Origin: a virus
Taxonomy: Duplodnaviria; Caudoviricetes
IMG/VR virus record: IMGVR_UViG_3300005095_000141
Coordinates: 1 to 60,538 of that record
Reading direction: 5' to 3' (one strand)
Length of the DNA stretch: 60,538 bases
Part shown: positions 27,170 through 37,499 of the stretch, piece after piece
Layout: every line of letters starts with the position of its first letter
How positions within the stretch are numbered: the stretch's first letter is position 1
The notes under the pieces: generated by a model
Databases searched by the model: none
What the model saw: only the letters and a program-made list of their open reading frames with translations
What the model was told of the DNA's origin: nothing
Made by a program: the position numbers and the translations under genes

Positions 27170-28369
27170 ATGCCAAGAATACTTACAGCAAAAGACATAG
27201 AGTTATTCTACGCAGGAGCACCGGGACACCCGTTCCTAGCACTGGGAGACGTAGCCTACATTACAAAGGCGGCAGGAGCGGTTACAACTGACCTTTCACC
27301 GCAGTTTATGAACTACGTATATGGAGCGCAGGTCTGGTACCAGATAAACATGGAGGCTAATGCGTTTGCCGCACTGCCGAAGACTACATGGCCGAGAAGC
27401 GGATGGCGTGTAATTACCAGCCTAAGCACTACGCCGGACAACATTGCCATTGCACAGACAGGTGCTTTACCGGACAGTGTAAGACCTAATGTTGAGACCG
27501 TTAAGACACCGCCAAAAGTAGAGGCGCTGACATTCGAGGTAAGCGAAGTAATAGAAGCACTTGCAAACATGAGCCAGGACGATATTTACGGCAGTGTTGA
27601 CCAGCTAAGAACATATTACGGCACAGAGTTTGCAAAGCTACTGAACATGCAGTTACTGCACAAGGCAATAGGAAACAGTGGAAGCACTTCAGAGGCAAGC
27701 GCAGGATATAAGCTTGAGAGCCTTGACAGGATAGTGTCTAGCTACAGCGAGAGCCAGATTGGAAGTTCGCTTTCAACGCCAGACCCTGTGGGTGCGGCTG
27801 TAGATGTATATGGTATTGACAGGCACAGTGCTGAGAGCTGGGCTGACAGCGTAGTACTGCATAATAACGGACAGCTACGTGCGCTTACAGACGACCTTAT
27901 ACGTGAACTGATACAGGCTACTACGACAAAGGGAGCACACCCGACAATGTTCATTACCGGTTACGACACGTATGCTACAATGCTTGGACTGTACATGACA
28001 TACGTAAGATACATACCGATGAGCGAGAAGCAGGTGCAGTTTGGACTAGAAGGCGTTAAGACCGCCAAGGGCATTAATGCCGGTGTAAAGGTAGCCAGCC
28101 TATACGACATACCGGTTATACAGGCTGTGAACACGCCGAACGACGGAGACGGAAGCATAAGCAGAATATACCTGCTAGACACCAGCGACTACGAGGGCAA
28201 CGGACTACCGAGACTAGGAATAGGAGTAGTAAGACCGATAGAGTACTTCGAGAGCCGTGACTTCGTACTGCTAAACAAGTTCGTGATAAAAGGAGTATAT
28301 AGATTCGTAGGAGAAACAATAGCAAGAGGACTAGCATACCAGGGCAAACTCCGCGATCTCTCTGCTTAA
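27170..28369 (+). CDS. Major capsid protein (HK97 fold)
   Basis: YGAQVWYQINMEANAF.ALPK..W..SGWRVIT, LESLDRIV and QGKLRDL as in archaeal tailed-virus capsids; synteny. Confidence 0.88.
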   Translation: MPRILTAKDIELFYAGAPGHPFLALGDVAYITKAAGAVTTDLSPQFMNYVYGAQVWYQINMEANAFAALPKTTWPRSGWRVITSLSTTPDNIAIAQTGALPDSVRPNVETVKTPPKVEALTFEVSEVIEALANMSQDDIYGSVDQLRTYYGTEFAKLLNMQLLHKAIGNSGSTSEASAGYKLESLDRIVSSYSESQIGSSLSTPDPVGAAVDVYGIDRHSAESWADSVVLHNNGQLRALTDDLIRELIQATTTKGAHPTMFITGYDTYATMLGLYMTYVRYIPMSEKQVQFGLEGVKTAKGINAGVKVASLYDIPVIQAVNTPNDGDGSISRIYLLDTSDYEGNGLPRLGIGVVRPIEYFESRDFVLLNKFVIKGVYRFVGETIARGLAYQGKLRDLSA

Positions 28370-28444
28370 TGATATAGAGTAAGTAGAGTGTTTTTTAGAA
28401 TAAGCCTTATTATTTGCTTTTTGCATACTTTATATAGGGAACAA

Positions 28445-29253
28445 ATGTCACATGATAATAGATGGAATGCGTATGTTGCTGGATATTTTGATGGTGATGG
28501 TTCTGTTTGGATAGCACGTCATAAGTGTAAGCAGTGCAGGAGTGGTTATACGTATTTTTGGTGGTTGAGATTGTTTCTGTTGATAGGGATGTTCTTGACT
28601 TTATTGCTGGTGTTTATGGTGGCAAGGTTTATCCGAAGAGGAAAGTTGGTGCGTGGAAGTGGGTTGCATATAGTAATGTGGCGTATAATTTTTTGCTGAA
28701 CGTGTATAGGTATTTACAGATTAAGAGGAGACAGGCAGACCTAGCTATGATGTTTCAAGAAAGGATGATTAAGGGAAATAATTATATTTCTGATGATGAA
28801 ATGAAATGGCGTGAATGGGTTAGAAAAGAGATATCTGTGTTAAAGAAAATGTATGATGTTTTTGATTTTGCTGAGTTCGATACTGATGAAGAAGCTAGAC
28901 AATATATTGCTGGTTTGTTTGATGCGGAAGGATATGTAGGTGTATCTGAACGGAACAGAGGAAGTATGTATTTGCGAGTGGAAATTGGAAATAGATGTCT
29001 TAAATTACTTGAGTGGTTGAAAAGCATATATGGAGGGTCAATATACTGGAGCAGGAGGGCATACGTTTTTGAATTGGTATCGTTTGGTGCTAAGAGGTTG
29101 TTGGATGATGTTTTACCGTATTTGCATGTTAAGAAGGAGAGAGCTAAGATTGCACTTGAGTATCAGTCTATTACTAAGAAGGGGAGACAAGATTATGCTA
29201 TATTGAAAAGAAGAAAGAAGCTTGCTCGCTTATTGAAAGAACTTAATTATTAG
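28445..29253 (+). pseudogene. Free-standing double-motif LAGLIDADG homing endonuclease, split by a 1-nt frameshift
   Basis: YVAGYFDGDG lies in the frame from ATG 28445 and YIAGLFDAEG in the -1 frame; the junction is the T5 run at 28555-28559; AT-richer than flanks. Confidence 0.82.
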
Positions 29254-29322
29254 TATGGAAGATAATTTTTATATGTGGTGCTTGTGTATTGATATTATAG
29301 TTGTTGTTTCTGGTGGTTTTCT

Positions 29323-29451
29323 ATGCGTGAAAAGGGAGTGTTTGGAGAGCGTGTGGAGATAGTTGTTGTTAAGAATGGTAGGCGGATGCGTGTTTCTGGC
29401 AATGTTTTTTACCGCTTGAAGAGATACTTACTAAGATGGTGGAAGAAATGA
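29323..29451 (+). CDS. Small ORF (42 aa) resembling the N-terminus of the next gene
   Basis: MREKGVFGERVEIVVVKNGR; GGTGG RBS; ATGA overlap. Confidence 0.35.
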   Translation: MREKGVFGERVEIVVVKNGRRMRVSGNVFYRLKRYLLRWWKK

Positions 29452-29930
29452 AGTTTAAGGTTAAAGGCTACGTAGTGCTTAGAGTATATAGGAACGGACG
29501 CCTTACCGATACGATTGAAGTGCCGAACGTGATAACGAATGTTGGTCTGAAACAGCTTTCTGGACTGATAAACGGGCTTGTGACCACGCCGTTCAAGTAC
29601 ATTGCCATAGGAGACGGTAGTAGCACTTCTGCCGGTAGCTGTACCGATGCCGCCGCTACTGATACGGCGCTTGGGCATGAGCTTAAACGTAAGGAGGCGA
29701 CCGCTAGCCAGGTAACGACAAGTGTTACTGATGATACTGCACAGTTGGTTGCTACGTTCAGCAGTGCAGACGGTCTTACAGGAAGCGCTAGCCTATGTGA
29801 AGCAGGAGTATTCGACGCCAGTACCGGTGGAAACATGCTTGCCCGCAGGACGTTCCCGGTGATAAACCTGAACTGGGATAACGGAGACAGCATACAGATA
29901 ACGTGGAAGATACAGGTCTCGACGTCATAA
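29436..29930 (+). CDS. Tail-collar/fibre-type structural protein
   Basis: NVITNVGL..YIAIGDG..DTALGHE..EAGVF..GNMLAR motif set. Confidence 0.75.
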   Translation: MVEEMKFKVKGYVVLRVYRNGRLTDTIEVPNVITNVGLKQLSGLINGLVTTPFKYIAIGDGSSTSAGSCTDAAATDTALGHELKRKEATASQVTTSVTDDTAQLVATFSSADGLTGSASLCEAGVFDASTGGNMLARRTFPVINLNWDNGDSIQITWKIQVSTS

Positions 29931-29943
29931 GGTTGATACAGGG

Positions 29944-31026
29944 ATGCCGGAGCTAGCAGAAGTAAGCAGTAGCAATACTGGATATTTTTCCCCGATACAG
30001 ATAACGAATGCTTCTGGTGCAGGAGACTACTATGATTTTACAGTTGAGATAAAGCTTGACAGTACGTGGGGCGGATGGAACTACCTAGCCAGTACAGATG
30101 GGAGCGACATATACTTTGTAGATGATGGTGGAGACCCCCTGTATTTCTACCTAGAAGAATTTGATGCGTCGAGCAAAATAGGCATAGCATGGGTCAAGAT
30201 ACCGAAGATAGCTGACGGGGAGACGAAGACAATATACATGATGTATGGCGCTGAAAACCCGTACAGTAACTATAACGACCCGACCAAGGCGTTCCTGTTC
30301 TACGATGGATTCGATACCGATACCGTGAACAGTGGGTTGTGGAAGAAATACTATGATGCGACCGACTTTACGTATTCGTACAGTATTTCGGCGTCAGTAT
30401 TGAATTTGACGATGACTGGTGCTGGGCTTAACCCGAGTGGATGGAGGCACTGGGGTATATGGACTACTGTGTCGCTGAGCAATTCTATACAGGGAATACG
30501 TGTGGTTTCTAAGGCGTTTGACAATGATGGTGTTAACACGTATTTGCATGTGTTTGTGTTTGGAGAAATAGATGGTTTGACAACTGTTGGGCAGGGATAC
30601 AATATTACGAAGAAGAACGGGCAGAGGTTTCTTGTAAGCACGTACCATACTGATTTGTGGAACGGAGACATTGAGTGTGGAGACGGCACGACAGCATATA
30701 GTACTGGACAGCTAACAGTAAATGTTACAGGATGGCTTGTGCATGATGCTAAGATGACAAATAGTAGCTGGTCATGGTATGCTTATTCCGACTTGATTGA
30801 TGATACCGGCACGAAGTTTGTTGATATTGACAGCAGTAGTTTCTCGTGTACGCCGAGCCTTGACACTGTTAGTAGTTTGACGATACTGCTTTTGCAGGTG
30901 CAGAACGATACAGCTAGCCATACCGTTAGGATTGACGATATACGTGTTATGAACTGGGGGCCGAACCCGCCTACGTATAGTATTGGCGGGGTATTTAGTA
31001 TGAAGAGAGATATTGATTTTATGTAG
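29944..31026 (+). CDS. DUF2341-domain virion protein (putative adhesin)
   Basis: DGSDIYF..LYFYLE..AWVKIPKI..IYMMYG..FLFYDGF. Confidence 0.8.
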   Translation: MPELAEVSSSNTGYFSPIQITNASGAGDYYDFTVEIKLDSTWGGWNYLASTDGSDIYFVDDGGDPLYFYLEEFDASSKIGIAWVKIPKIADGETKTIYMMYGAENPYSNYNDPTKAFLFYDGFDTDTVNSGLWKKYYDATDFTYSYSISASVLNLTMTGAGLNPSGWRHWGIWTTVSLSNSIQGIRVVSKAFDNDGVNTYLHVFVFGEIDGLTTVGQGYNITKKNGQRFLVSTYHTDLWNGDIECGDGTTAYSTGQLTVNVTGWLVHDAKMTNSSWSWYAYSDLIDDTGTKFVDIDSSSFSCTPSLDTVSSLTILLLQVQNDTASHTVRIDDIRVMNWGPNPPTYSIGGVFSMKRDIDFM

Positions 31027-31036
31027 GTGGTGCTAT

Positions 31037-32029
31037 ATGCCGAATATTTCGACGGTGCTTAGTAAGGTAAACAAGTATGCTTTACCGATAACGCTTACGG
31101 AGAACAGCGGAAGCACGCTTACCGACCAGCAGGTACTGATAAAGCTTGACAGCAGTTTTACAGGATGGGACATGATAAACAGTGATGGTAGCAATATATG
31201 GTTTGAAACAGAGGACTGGGAGCCTATATATTTCTGGATAGAGAAGATTGATACGGCGAACAAGATAGCGTATATATGGGTGAAAGTGCCGAGCATACCG
31301 GCTAGTTCGCAGACCGTTATTAATATGTGCTGGGGAGAGACGAACTCGTACAAGGCGTACCACAGTGGAAGCGGAGTATTTCTGTTCTTTGACGACCTGA
31401 ATAGCTGGAGTGGATGGAGCAACTACGGTACTGGTGCTGTAAGCCATGATACGAGCACGTATTTCTACGGTACCGGTAGCTTGGAGAAGATAACGAACTG
31501 TGACCCGAACGGAGGCTATAAGGCGCTTGGCATAACGATTGATAGGACGAGTGGTAGCTATGCATTGATGTACAGGGCTAGGCGTGGTAACGGCAGTGGT
31601 ACCGATTGTTATGCAGACCGTGTAGGGCTGGAGGCAAGCAGTAACTGGAACGGGTACAGCTTTAACTTGGGACACAGTACTGGCGGTACTGCACAGTTGT
31701 CTATAGATAAGAGGACAAGTGGAAGCGCTACTGTGCAGGGAAGCACTTCGTTGCCGAGCGGTAACAACGCTACCGATATATGGTATGTGGCGGAGCTTGT
31801 TCTTACCAGCAGTAGTGTTATAGCGACGCTGTACGATGAAAACTACAACAAGATTGTTAGTACGAGCAGTACCGATACTGCTTATACTACGTTTGACACG
31901 TTTGTTGTGCGCGGTGGAAGACCGTATAATGTTGATGTGCCCCGTGTTATGAAGTATGTTAGCAGTCCGCCCGGTGTTAGTTTTGGTAGCTGGGAATATA
32001 TAGGTAAGATACGAATAGGTTTTTACTAG
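31037..32029 (+). CDS. DUF2341-domain virion protein (paralogue)
   Basis: DGSNIWF..IYFWIE..IWVKVPSIP..VFLFFDD. Confidence 0.8.
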   Translation: MPNISTVLSKVNKYALPITLTENSGSTLTDQQVLIKLDSSFTGWDMINSDGSNIWFETEDWEPIYFWIEKIDTANKIAYIWVKVPSIPASSQTVINMCWGETNSYKAYHSGSGVFLFFDDLNSWSGWSNYGTGAVSHDTSTYFYGTGSLEKITNCDPNGGYKALGITIDRTSGSYALMYRARRGNGSGTDCYADRVGLEASSNWNGYSFNLGHSTGGTAQLSIDKRTSGSATVQGSTSLPSGNNATDIWYVAELVLTSSSVIATLYDENYNKIVSTSSTDTAYTTFDTFVVRGGRPYNVDVPRVMKYVSSPPGVSFGSWEYIGKIRIGFY

Positions 32030-32040
32030 GGGTGTTTTAT

Positions 32041-32412
32041 ATGGGCGTGCAAATAGCCAGTAAGACCGATTATACAGGCAGTGTTACGCCGTCGGCGCTT
32101 AATACCGAGACGGATGTTGTTAGTATTTCTGCACAGACCGATGACTATATTGTTGAGGGATATATTGATTTGTCTGCTATGCAGGACGGGGACACGATTG
32201 TTGTTACCGAGTACATTAGTGTTGACGGGCAGAACTACCGTGTGTTTCTGCAGGCGACGTTTAACGGTGCACAGGCACAGCCGATACTGAGGTTTCACAG
32301 CAAGATGCTGTATAAGAACATGCTGTACAAGGTAACGATTAACCAGACAGCAGGTACTGTTAGGACGATACCGTATGCGTTTATACTGCAGGTACTGAAG
32401 ACTACTACGTGA
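32041..32412 (+). CDS. Putative structural protein
   Basis: Beta-rich, within the fibre module. Confidence 0.6.
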   Translation: MGVQIASKTDYTGSVTPSALNTETDVVSISAQTDDYIVEGYIDLSAMQDGDTIVVTEYISVDGQNYRVFLQATFNGAQAQPILRFHSKMLYKNMLYKVTINQTAGTVRTIPYAFILQVLKTTT

Positions 32413-32418
32413 TGAGCA

Positions 32419-33948
32419 TTGAGCTTTGTAGCTGTTTACCCCGGATACGAGCCAGTATATACTGTTGGCACGAAGTACGAGGAGGCATGGTCGGAGACAC
32501 TGTATGGTTCTGAGTCAGCACCAGTACTGCCCCAGATACCGGTTGCTAGTGCTGTGGCTGTTGCTGGTGGTATTGTTTCTACTGTTGCGAGCGTGCTTAA
32601 GACTGTAGCTGTTTTTGCCAGTACAGTGTATGGTGCTGTAACGAGTGTTGCTAGGTCTGTAGCCGGCATTGTAGGAGCTATTGCAAATGCAGTGGCGAGT
32701 ACTGGAAAAGACAGAGTGGTTGTATCTGATTCTGGTGCAAGGTACGGTGTTGGTAAGAAGATAGAGTCTGTGTTAGCATATATTGGTGCTACGGTGCACG
32801 GTATTGTTAAGGGAATTGCTTCGGCGGCTGGTTACGCTGGTGTTGTTGCGAAGAAATACGCTACTGCTTTTACCGGAAAAGCAGGTGTTACGGGAACAGT
32901 TATTGCTGGTGCTGTGAAGAGTGTTCTTGATACTGTTAGGACTGCTGGTCTGCATATAGCCGGTACTGTTAAGAAAATAGGGGAAGTGTTTGGAGTTGCT
33001 GGTAGTAAGTTGGTGTTTCTAGTTGTTACCGGTAGGGAAAGCATAGGGTTATCTGAAGCGGTAAAGAACGGTGTTGCCGCTGTATGTTCACGGATACTGG
33101 GCGTTACTGGAAGAATTGGGAATGCTGTTGCCACTGTATTGGTTGATAGTGGTGGTTTGACAGAGTATTTCTCTGCGTTTAGACTGTATGTGGAAGTGCT
33201 TGTTGAAAAGATAGTTGTAGGTACGTCTGCCCTGTACGGCATTGTTAAGGGTGTGTTCGAGAAGCTTGTTTACTACGTGATTACTGGTACTAGGCATACC
33301 GTGTTGTTTGAAGACATAGTGTATGGTGCGGGGATGATAGCGGTGTACGTGGCAGAAACGATAAAGGATATTGTTAAGACTGCTGGGAGAGAGTTTCTCG
33401 ATGCATTGGCAGTGTTTGATATTGCGGTAAGAGTGGTTGCTAGGACTGTTGATGCTGTTACGTCTGTACTGCTGGAAGATATTGTAGCTACTGGTAGGAT
33501 AGTTAAGACTGCTGTCCGCAAAATAATTGACACTGTAGAGGTTGTGGTTGGAAAGATAATGAATAGTGTAGGGTCTGTGCACTGTGCTTTTACAGGGTTT
33601 GCTGATGCTATTGTCACGAACAAGTGGATATACAGGTTGTTTGTGGAGAACGTAGTTGTTACCGGTGCTGTGAAGTTTATACGTGGTAAGATGATGGTGT
33701 TTGTTGATTCTGTGAAATACGCTGTTAGTGCTGTGTCTGTGTTTGGCAAGACATTTATTGACGCTGTAGTGTACGGCGTAGCTGTTAAGGTATGGAAGAC
33801 TATTAAGAGGCTGGCAGTGTATGGTGCTAGGTCTGTCGTGCTTGTCTATACCGGTGTTAGGACTGCGTTCTACGGTATTAGGAAGCTTGTGGTACGTGCT
33901 CTGAGAACGAGAAAGGATGTGTTTTTTGAGGATGAAAAAGATAAGTAG
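32419..33948 (+). CDS. V/A/G/T-rich repetitive fibre-like protein
   Basis: Degenerate short repeats; module context. Confidence 0.6.
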   Translation: MSFVAVYPGYEPVYTVGTKYEEAWSETLYGSESAPVLPQIPVASAVAVAGGIVSTVASVLKTVAVFASTVYGAVTSVARSVAGIVGAIANAVASTGKDRVVVSDSGARYGVGKKIESVLAYIGATVHGIVKGIASAAGYAGVVAKKYATAFTGKAGVTGTVIAGAVKSVLDTVRTAGLHIAGTVKKIGEVFGVAGSKLVFLVVTGRESIGLSEAVKNGVAAVCSRILGVTGRIGNAVATVLVDSGGLTEYFSAFRLYVEVLVEKIVVGTSALYGIVKGVFEKLVYYVITGTRHTVLFEDIVYGAGMIAVYVAETIKDIVKTAGREFLDALAVFDIAVRVVARTVDAVTSVLLEDIVATGRIVKTAVRKIIDTVEVVVGKIMNSVGSVHCAFTGFADAIVTNKWIYRLFVENVVVTGAVKFIRGKMMVFVDSVKYAVSAVSVFGKTFIDAVVYGVAVKVWKTIKRLAVYGARSVVLVYTGVRTAFYGIRKLVVRALRTRKDVFFEDEKDK

Positions 33949-33960
33949 TAGTGGTGGTGC

Positions 33961-34269
33961 ATGGTGCTTGCGTGTATAAGTGTGCATAAGGGGGATTACG
34001 GGTTTTCGCTTACGTTTACGCTGGTGCGTGAAGACGGTAGTGCGGTGGAGATACCGGATGGCGCTACGATAAGCTTTGTGCTTACAGATTTTACCGGCAA
34101 GCAGGTGAACAGCATTACCGGTACAAAGATAGCTGATAATGACGTGATGTTTAACATACCGAGCGGTTTCTTCGATGTTGACGCTGGAAGATACTATGGA
34201 TACGTTGTGCTTGAGACAGATTCATATCGGGAGACAAGCAATAAGATATGTATAGATGTATGGGAGTGA
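33961..34269 (+). CDS. BppU-N-like Ig-fold structural protein
   Basis: KGDYGFSLTFTL...GRYYGYV. Confidence 0.55.
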   Translation: MVLACISVHKGDYGFSLTFTLVREDGSAVEIPDGATISFVLTDFTGKQVNSITGTKIADNDVMFNIPSGFFDVDAGRYYGYVVLETDSYRETSNKICIDVWE

Positions 34270-34276
34270 TGAGAGA

Positions 34277-34987
34277 ATGTATGTAGAGCCAGACGAGATA
34301 CGCATGTTTCTGAATATTGATTCAACCGCTTTACCGGATGCTGTGCTTAGCAAGTATATTAGCATGGCCGAGGGATATGTTGACCGTCTTACCGATACGT
34401 GCTGGAACGGGAAGTGGAAGGATACGCTGAAGTATTTGCAGGATAACGGATTTGTTGACGATAACGGTGTGCTTACTGTTGACCCCGCTAGTCTGGCCGA
34501 TAAGCAGTGCTTTGACTATGAAGTGCATGACCTGACAAAGTATAAGGGCGGAGTCTGGTGGGGTGCAGGCATACCGGTTTATTTGGGGCACAGGTTTGTC
34601 AGGAAGCTTGTAAGCCTTAAACTGTTCAACGGTAGCGAGTACGAGGAATGGATAGGGGAGAAGACCGAGGCACGGAATATTGGTGACTACTGGGTTGACT
34701 ACTGGAACGGAGTAGTGTACATAAACGTGTTCTGGTACTACCAAGGAGGTAAGGAAGTGACTGTTGCGTACCTGTATGGAAGAGATGATTTGCCGTGGTA
34801 TATTAAGGAGCTGACGATGCTGTATGCGATTAAGTATGTACTGATGTTTGAGCGCAGGTTTGCCGCAATACTGGAGACCAGTGATTCGCCGAGGATTACA
34901 GATATGCTTGGATATATTGATGAGAGACTGGAGTATTTGGAGAGCATGGCTAGGAGTATTAAGGTGCCGAGAACCCGTGTAATGTAG
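34277..34987 (+). CDS. Head-tail adaptor protein
   Basis: Y.....IR.FL, I..AE.YVDRLT and V.YLYG..LP..IKE gp6/gp15-like motifs. Confidence 0.7.
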   Translation: MYVEPDEIRMFLNIDSTALPDAVLSKYISMAEGYVDRLTDTCWNGKWKDTLKYLQDNGFVDDNGVLTVDPASLADKQCFDYEVHDLTKYKGGVWWGAGIPVYLGHRFVRKLVSLKLFNGSEYEEWIGEKTEARNIGDYWVDYWNGVVYINVFWYYQGGKEVTVAYLYGRDDLPWYIKELTMLYAIKYVLMFERRFAAILETSDSPRITDMLGYIDERLEYLESMARSIKVPRTRVM

Positions 34988-35022
34988 TTTTTTCTGTGCT
35001 TTGCATATATCGGTGCAACAGT

Positions 35023-35370
35023 ATGGATGGAAACGACAGTAATGAAATAGATGCATTACTGGTTCTTAGGCCGAATGTAAGGGTTACTGAGCGAGGGATT
35101 TATGTCACGTACTATATGTATGTGCCGTTTGTAGTTGCGAAGAAAATACTGGAGAAGGCCGGTGCGCCGATGATTATTGGCAAGGTCAAAGGAGATACTG
35201 TGGTGTATGTGCATGTTAGGGCGAAGCTAGAGCCTGTAAGCTATGTTGTAGCTGTCATTGACCGGAATACTGAGAAAGAGGATGGAAGTGAAGAAGAGAT
35301 TGATGAGAAGGAAAAGGAGTTTGCCAAGACGATACTGGAGTACTTGGTTAGAATGGGAGGTGAGCAGTAA
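35023..35370 (+). CDS. Hypothetical protein
   Basis: ATG 28 nt after the start of the motif at 34995. Confidence 0.65.
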   Translation: MDGNDSNEIDALLVLRPNVRVTERGIYVTYYMYVPFVVAKKILEKAGAPMIIGKVKGDTVVYVHVRAKLEPVSYVVAVIDRNTEKEDGSEEEIDEKEKEFAKTILEYLVRMGGEQ

Positions 35371-35735
35371 TGTTTGTTGAGGCAGGAATAGTTCTGCATG
35401 ATAAACAGTACTTGCTATACAGGAGTGTTAATAACGACGTTGTGTGTGTATGGTTTCCAGCAGGGTTTGCCGGGCCGGGGGACGTTATAGGTGCGGATAG
35501 GGGATATGAAGGAGTGGGGCTGTGTTTTCACGATGACAAGTACAGCATGGAGATATGCATAGAGGGTAAGTGTACGAAGGTAGTGCCAGATACCGATTTT
35601 CTGAAGGCTGTTAGAGATATACTGGAGAATATTTCGAGGATTGGAGAGGACGAGATAGCTATTACGAGCATTGCTGACGAGCTTAGATATAAGATAGACA
35701 TGGTTTGTGCAAGAGGTGGTAGGAATGAGGCTTAA
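35370..35735 (+). CDS. Hypothetical protein
   Basis: TAATG coupling. Confidence 0.65.
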   Translation: MFVEAGIVLHDKQYLLYRSVNNDVVCVWFPAGFAGPGDVIGADRGYEGVGLCFHDDKYSMEICIEGKCTKVVPDTDFLKAVRDILENISRIGEDEIAITSIADELRYKIDMVCARGGRNEA

Positions 35736-36024
35736 GAGTGGTAGGAACATTTACAGGGTTGTCCATGTACGTAGGATAGGAAGGAAGAAGGGAATGAGTA
35801 AATTAGAGGTTGACGTAGCATATAGGGACGGAAAGCCGTATTTCTACTTCAAGATAACGGATTTTAGGATGAGCACTGTTGTTATACGGCTTAGTGGTAA
35901 CGAGGTACTGGCGCTTATTAGTTCGTTGCTTACCGGCTTTATGAATGAGGAGAAAAACAGTAAAAGAGCCGGGCGAGATACTGGTTCTGACGAAGAGATA
36001 AGCACCGATGTTGAGGCGCTGTAG
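35725..36024 (+). CDS. Hypothetical protein (PC4/whirly-like pattern possible)
   Basis: Beta strands followed by the helix IRLSGNEVLALI. Confidence 0.55.
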   Translation: MRLKSGRNIYRVVHVRRIGRKKGMSKLEVDVAYRDGKPYFYFKITDFRMSTVVIRLSGNEVLALISSLLTGFMNEEKNSKRAGRDTGSDEEISTDVEAL

Positions 36025-36025
36025 C

Positions 36026-36370
36026 ATGATTGTTGATTCTGGTTTTGAGTACCGTAGATTTTTGATGAAGAGCGAGAAAGACGAGATGCGTAGGACGTCG
36101 TTGCACATGCCTGTACGGTTGCTGGAGGAGGTTACCCGTATAGCGCAGATAGAGAGAATTAGCCGTGCAGAGGTCATACGGTATGCTGTGTTTAAGCTTG
36201 TGGAGGAAGTGAATACGTCTGGCCGTATAGGTGTTATAGTGCTTGTTAGGAATGGCAAGCCGTTTAAGGTAACGTTTGACTGGACAGAGCTTAGCAGGAG
36301 GGACTGTTATTTTGTTCCCGGCACGAATGAGTATGAGTGTGCAGAGGGTGTGCATGCGTATGTGCTTTGA
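36026..36370 (+). CDS. Ribbon-helix-helix DNA-binding protein
   Basis: RRTSLHMPVRLLEEVTRIAQIERISRAEVIRYAV. Confidence 0.8.
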   Translation: MIVDSGFEYRRFLMKSEKDEMRRTSLHMPVRLLEEVTRIAQIERISRAEVIRYAVFKLVEEVNTSGRIGVIVLVRNGKPFKVTFDWTELSRRDCYFVPGTNEYECAEGVHAYVL

Positions 36371-37497
36371 CTATACCGGATTCTGGTGTAATAGAGTTGA
36401 AGGTGCATGAGTATGCCCGTGTACAGACTAGGACGTATATGCACTTATACGCACTTGTTACCGGGAGCACTGGCACGCATACTGCTGATGTGCTTTGGTA
36501 TTACGGGGGCAGGACAGATGAATACTGTAGCTGTAAAGGGTTTAGAACCCGTAAAAACTGTAGTCATTTGAGGTGGGTGAAGGGATTGCCCGGCAAGAAC
36601 TTGCTTGGAGATATTCTGCCTATTGACGACTTTATAGAGAGAGAGGTGAAGCTGTACAAGAGTAGTTTGAATGCCCTTAACGAATTGTTTGACGGTGCGC
36701 CTTACAGTAACGATGCGATAACGGTTTTCTACGGTAAGCCGAAGGTTGGCAAGAGCCTTCTTGTATTACAGGAGGCGGCGTATTTAGAGTCTGAGGGGTA
36801 CAGAGTACTGATTATTGATACTGAGGGCAGTCTTAGGGAGAGCGCTAGGTACTGGTTGCCGATACTGCGTAACAGGTTTAACAGCAAGAATAAGGGCATA
36901 TATGTTGTTAAGAAGCTGACGCTACAGGTGCTGGGGGATTTTATGGGGAAGAAAGTAACTGTTGTCACGAAGGGTAATGAGAGGAAAGGTGGTAAGACGG
37001 AGTTCTATGTTATTGGTGATACTGTTGATTTGCTTGGCGAGGCGATTAAGAAGTATAAGATTGACGTTGTAATAGTGGACAGTATTACTGCGCCGATACG
37101 CACGGCGATTACCGCTACACAGCAGAACTTACCGGCTAAGAGTGATGCCGAGGCGTTTCTTATGGGGAGACTGCTACGCTATATTGACGTGTACGGGGTA
37201 GCTGTTATTGTTACGGCGCATGCAAGCTTTAACCCTGCTAACCCGTATGAGACGATGGCAAGTATTCGTGGAGGAGTAAGCATACTGCATTTCGCCAAGA
37301 ACGTAGTATATATTGACAGGCGTGAAAAGAAAGAGATACGTGATATACGTAGGTTCTGGCTTGTACGGCACGGAAGTAACGCAGAGGAGTTCAGCAAGGT
37401 GTCTGTTGCCCGCATTACCGATATAGGCTATGTTGACGTGGAGGGTGACCCGACAGATTATTTGACTGATGCGGAGATTAAGAGGCTTGGAAAGTAG
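36367..37497 (+). CDS. SWIM zinc finger fused to a RadA/RadB-like RecA-family ATPase
   Basis: CSCKGFRTRKNCSH; Walker A GKPKVGKS; IDTEG; Walker B VVIVDS. Confidence 0.85.
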   Translation: MTIPDSGVIELKVHEYARVQTRTYMHLYALVTGSTGTHTADVLWYYGGRTDEYCSCKGFRTRKNCSHLRWVKGLPGKNLLGDILPIDDFIEREVKLYKSSLNALNELFDGAPYSNDAITVFYGKPKVGKSLLVLQEAAYLESEGYRVLIIDTEGSLRESARYWLPILRNRFNSKNKGIYVVKKLTLQVLGDFMGKKVTVVTKGNERKGGKTEFYVIGDTVDLLGEAIKKYKIDVVIVDSITAPIRTAITATQQNLPAKSDAEAFLMGRLLRYIDVYGVAVIVTAHASFNPANPYETMASIRGGVSILHFAKNVVYIDRREKKEIRDIRRFWLVRHGSNAEEFSKVSVARITDIGYVDVEGDPTDYLTDAEIKRLGK

Positions 37498-37499
37498 GT

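Noticed and set aside
28388-29253. Intron or intein hosting the LAGLIDADG ORF
   Set aside because: The capsid gene ends normally before it and the next gene is intact; no interrupted gene is evident
29401-29412. Programmed frameshift joining 29323..29451 to 29436..29930
   Set aside because: The T6 run is not in a canonical slippery frame, and the downstream gene has its own coupled start
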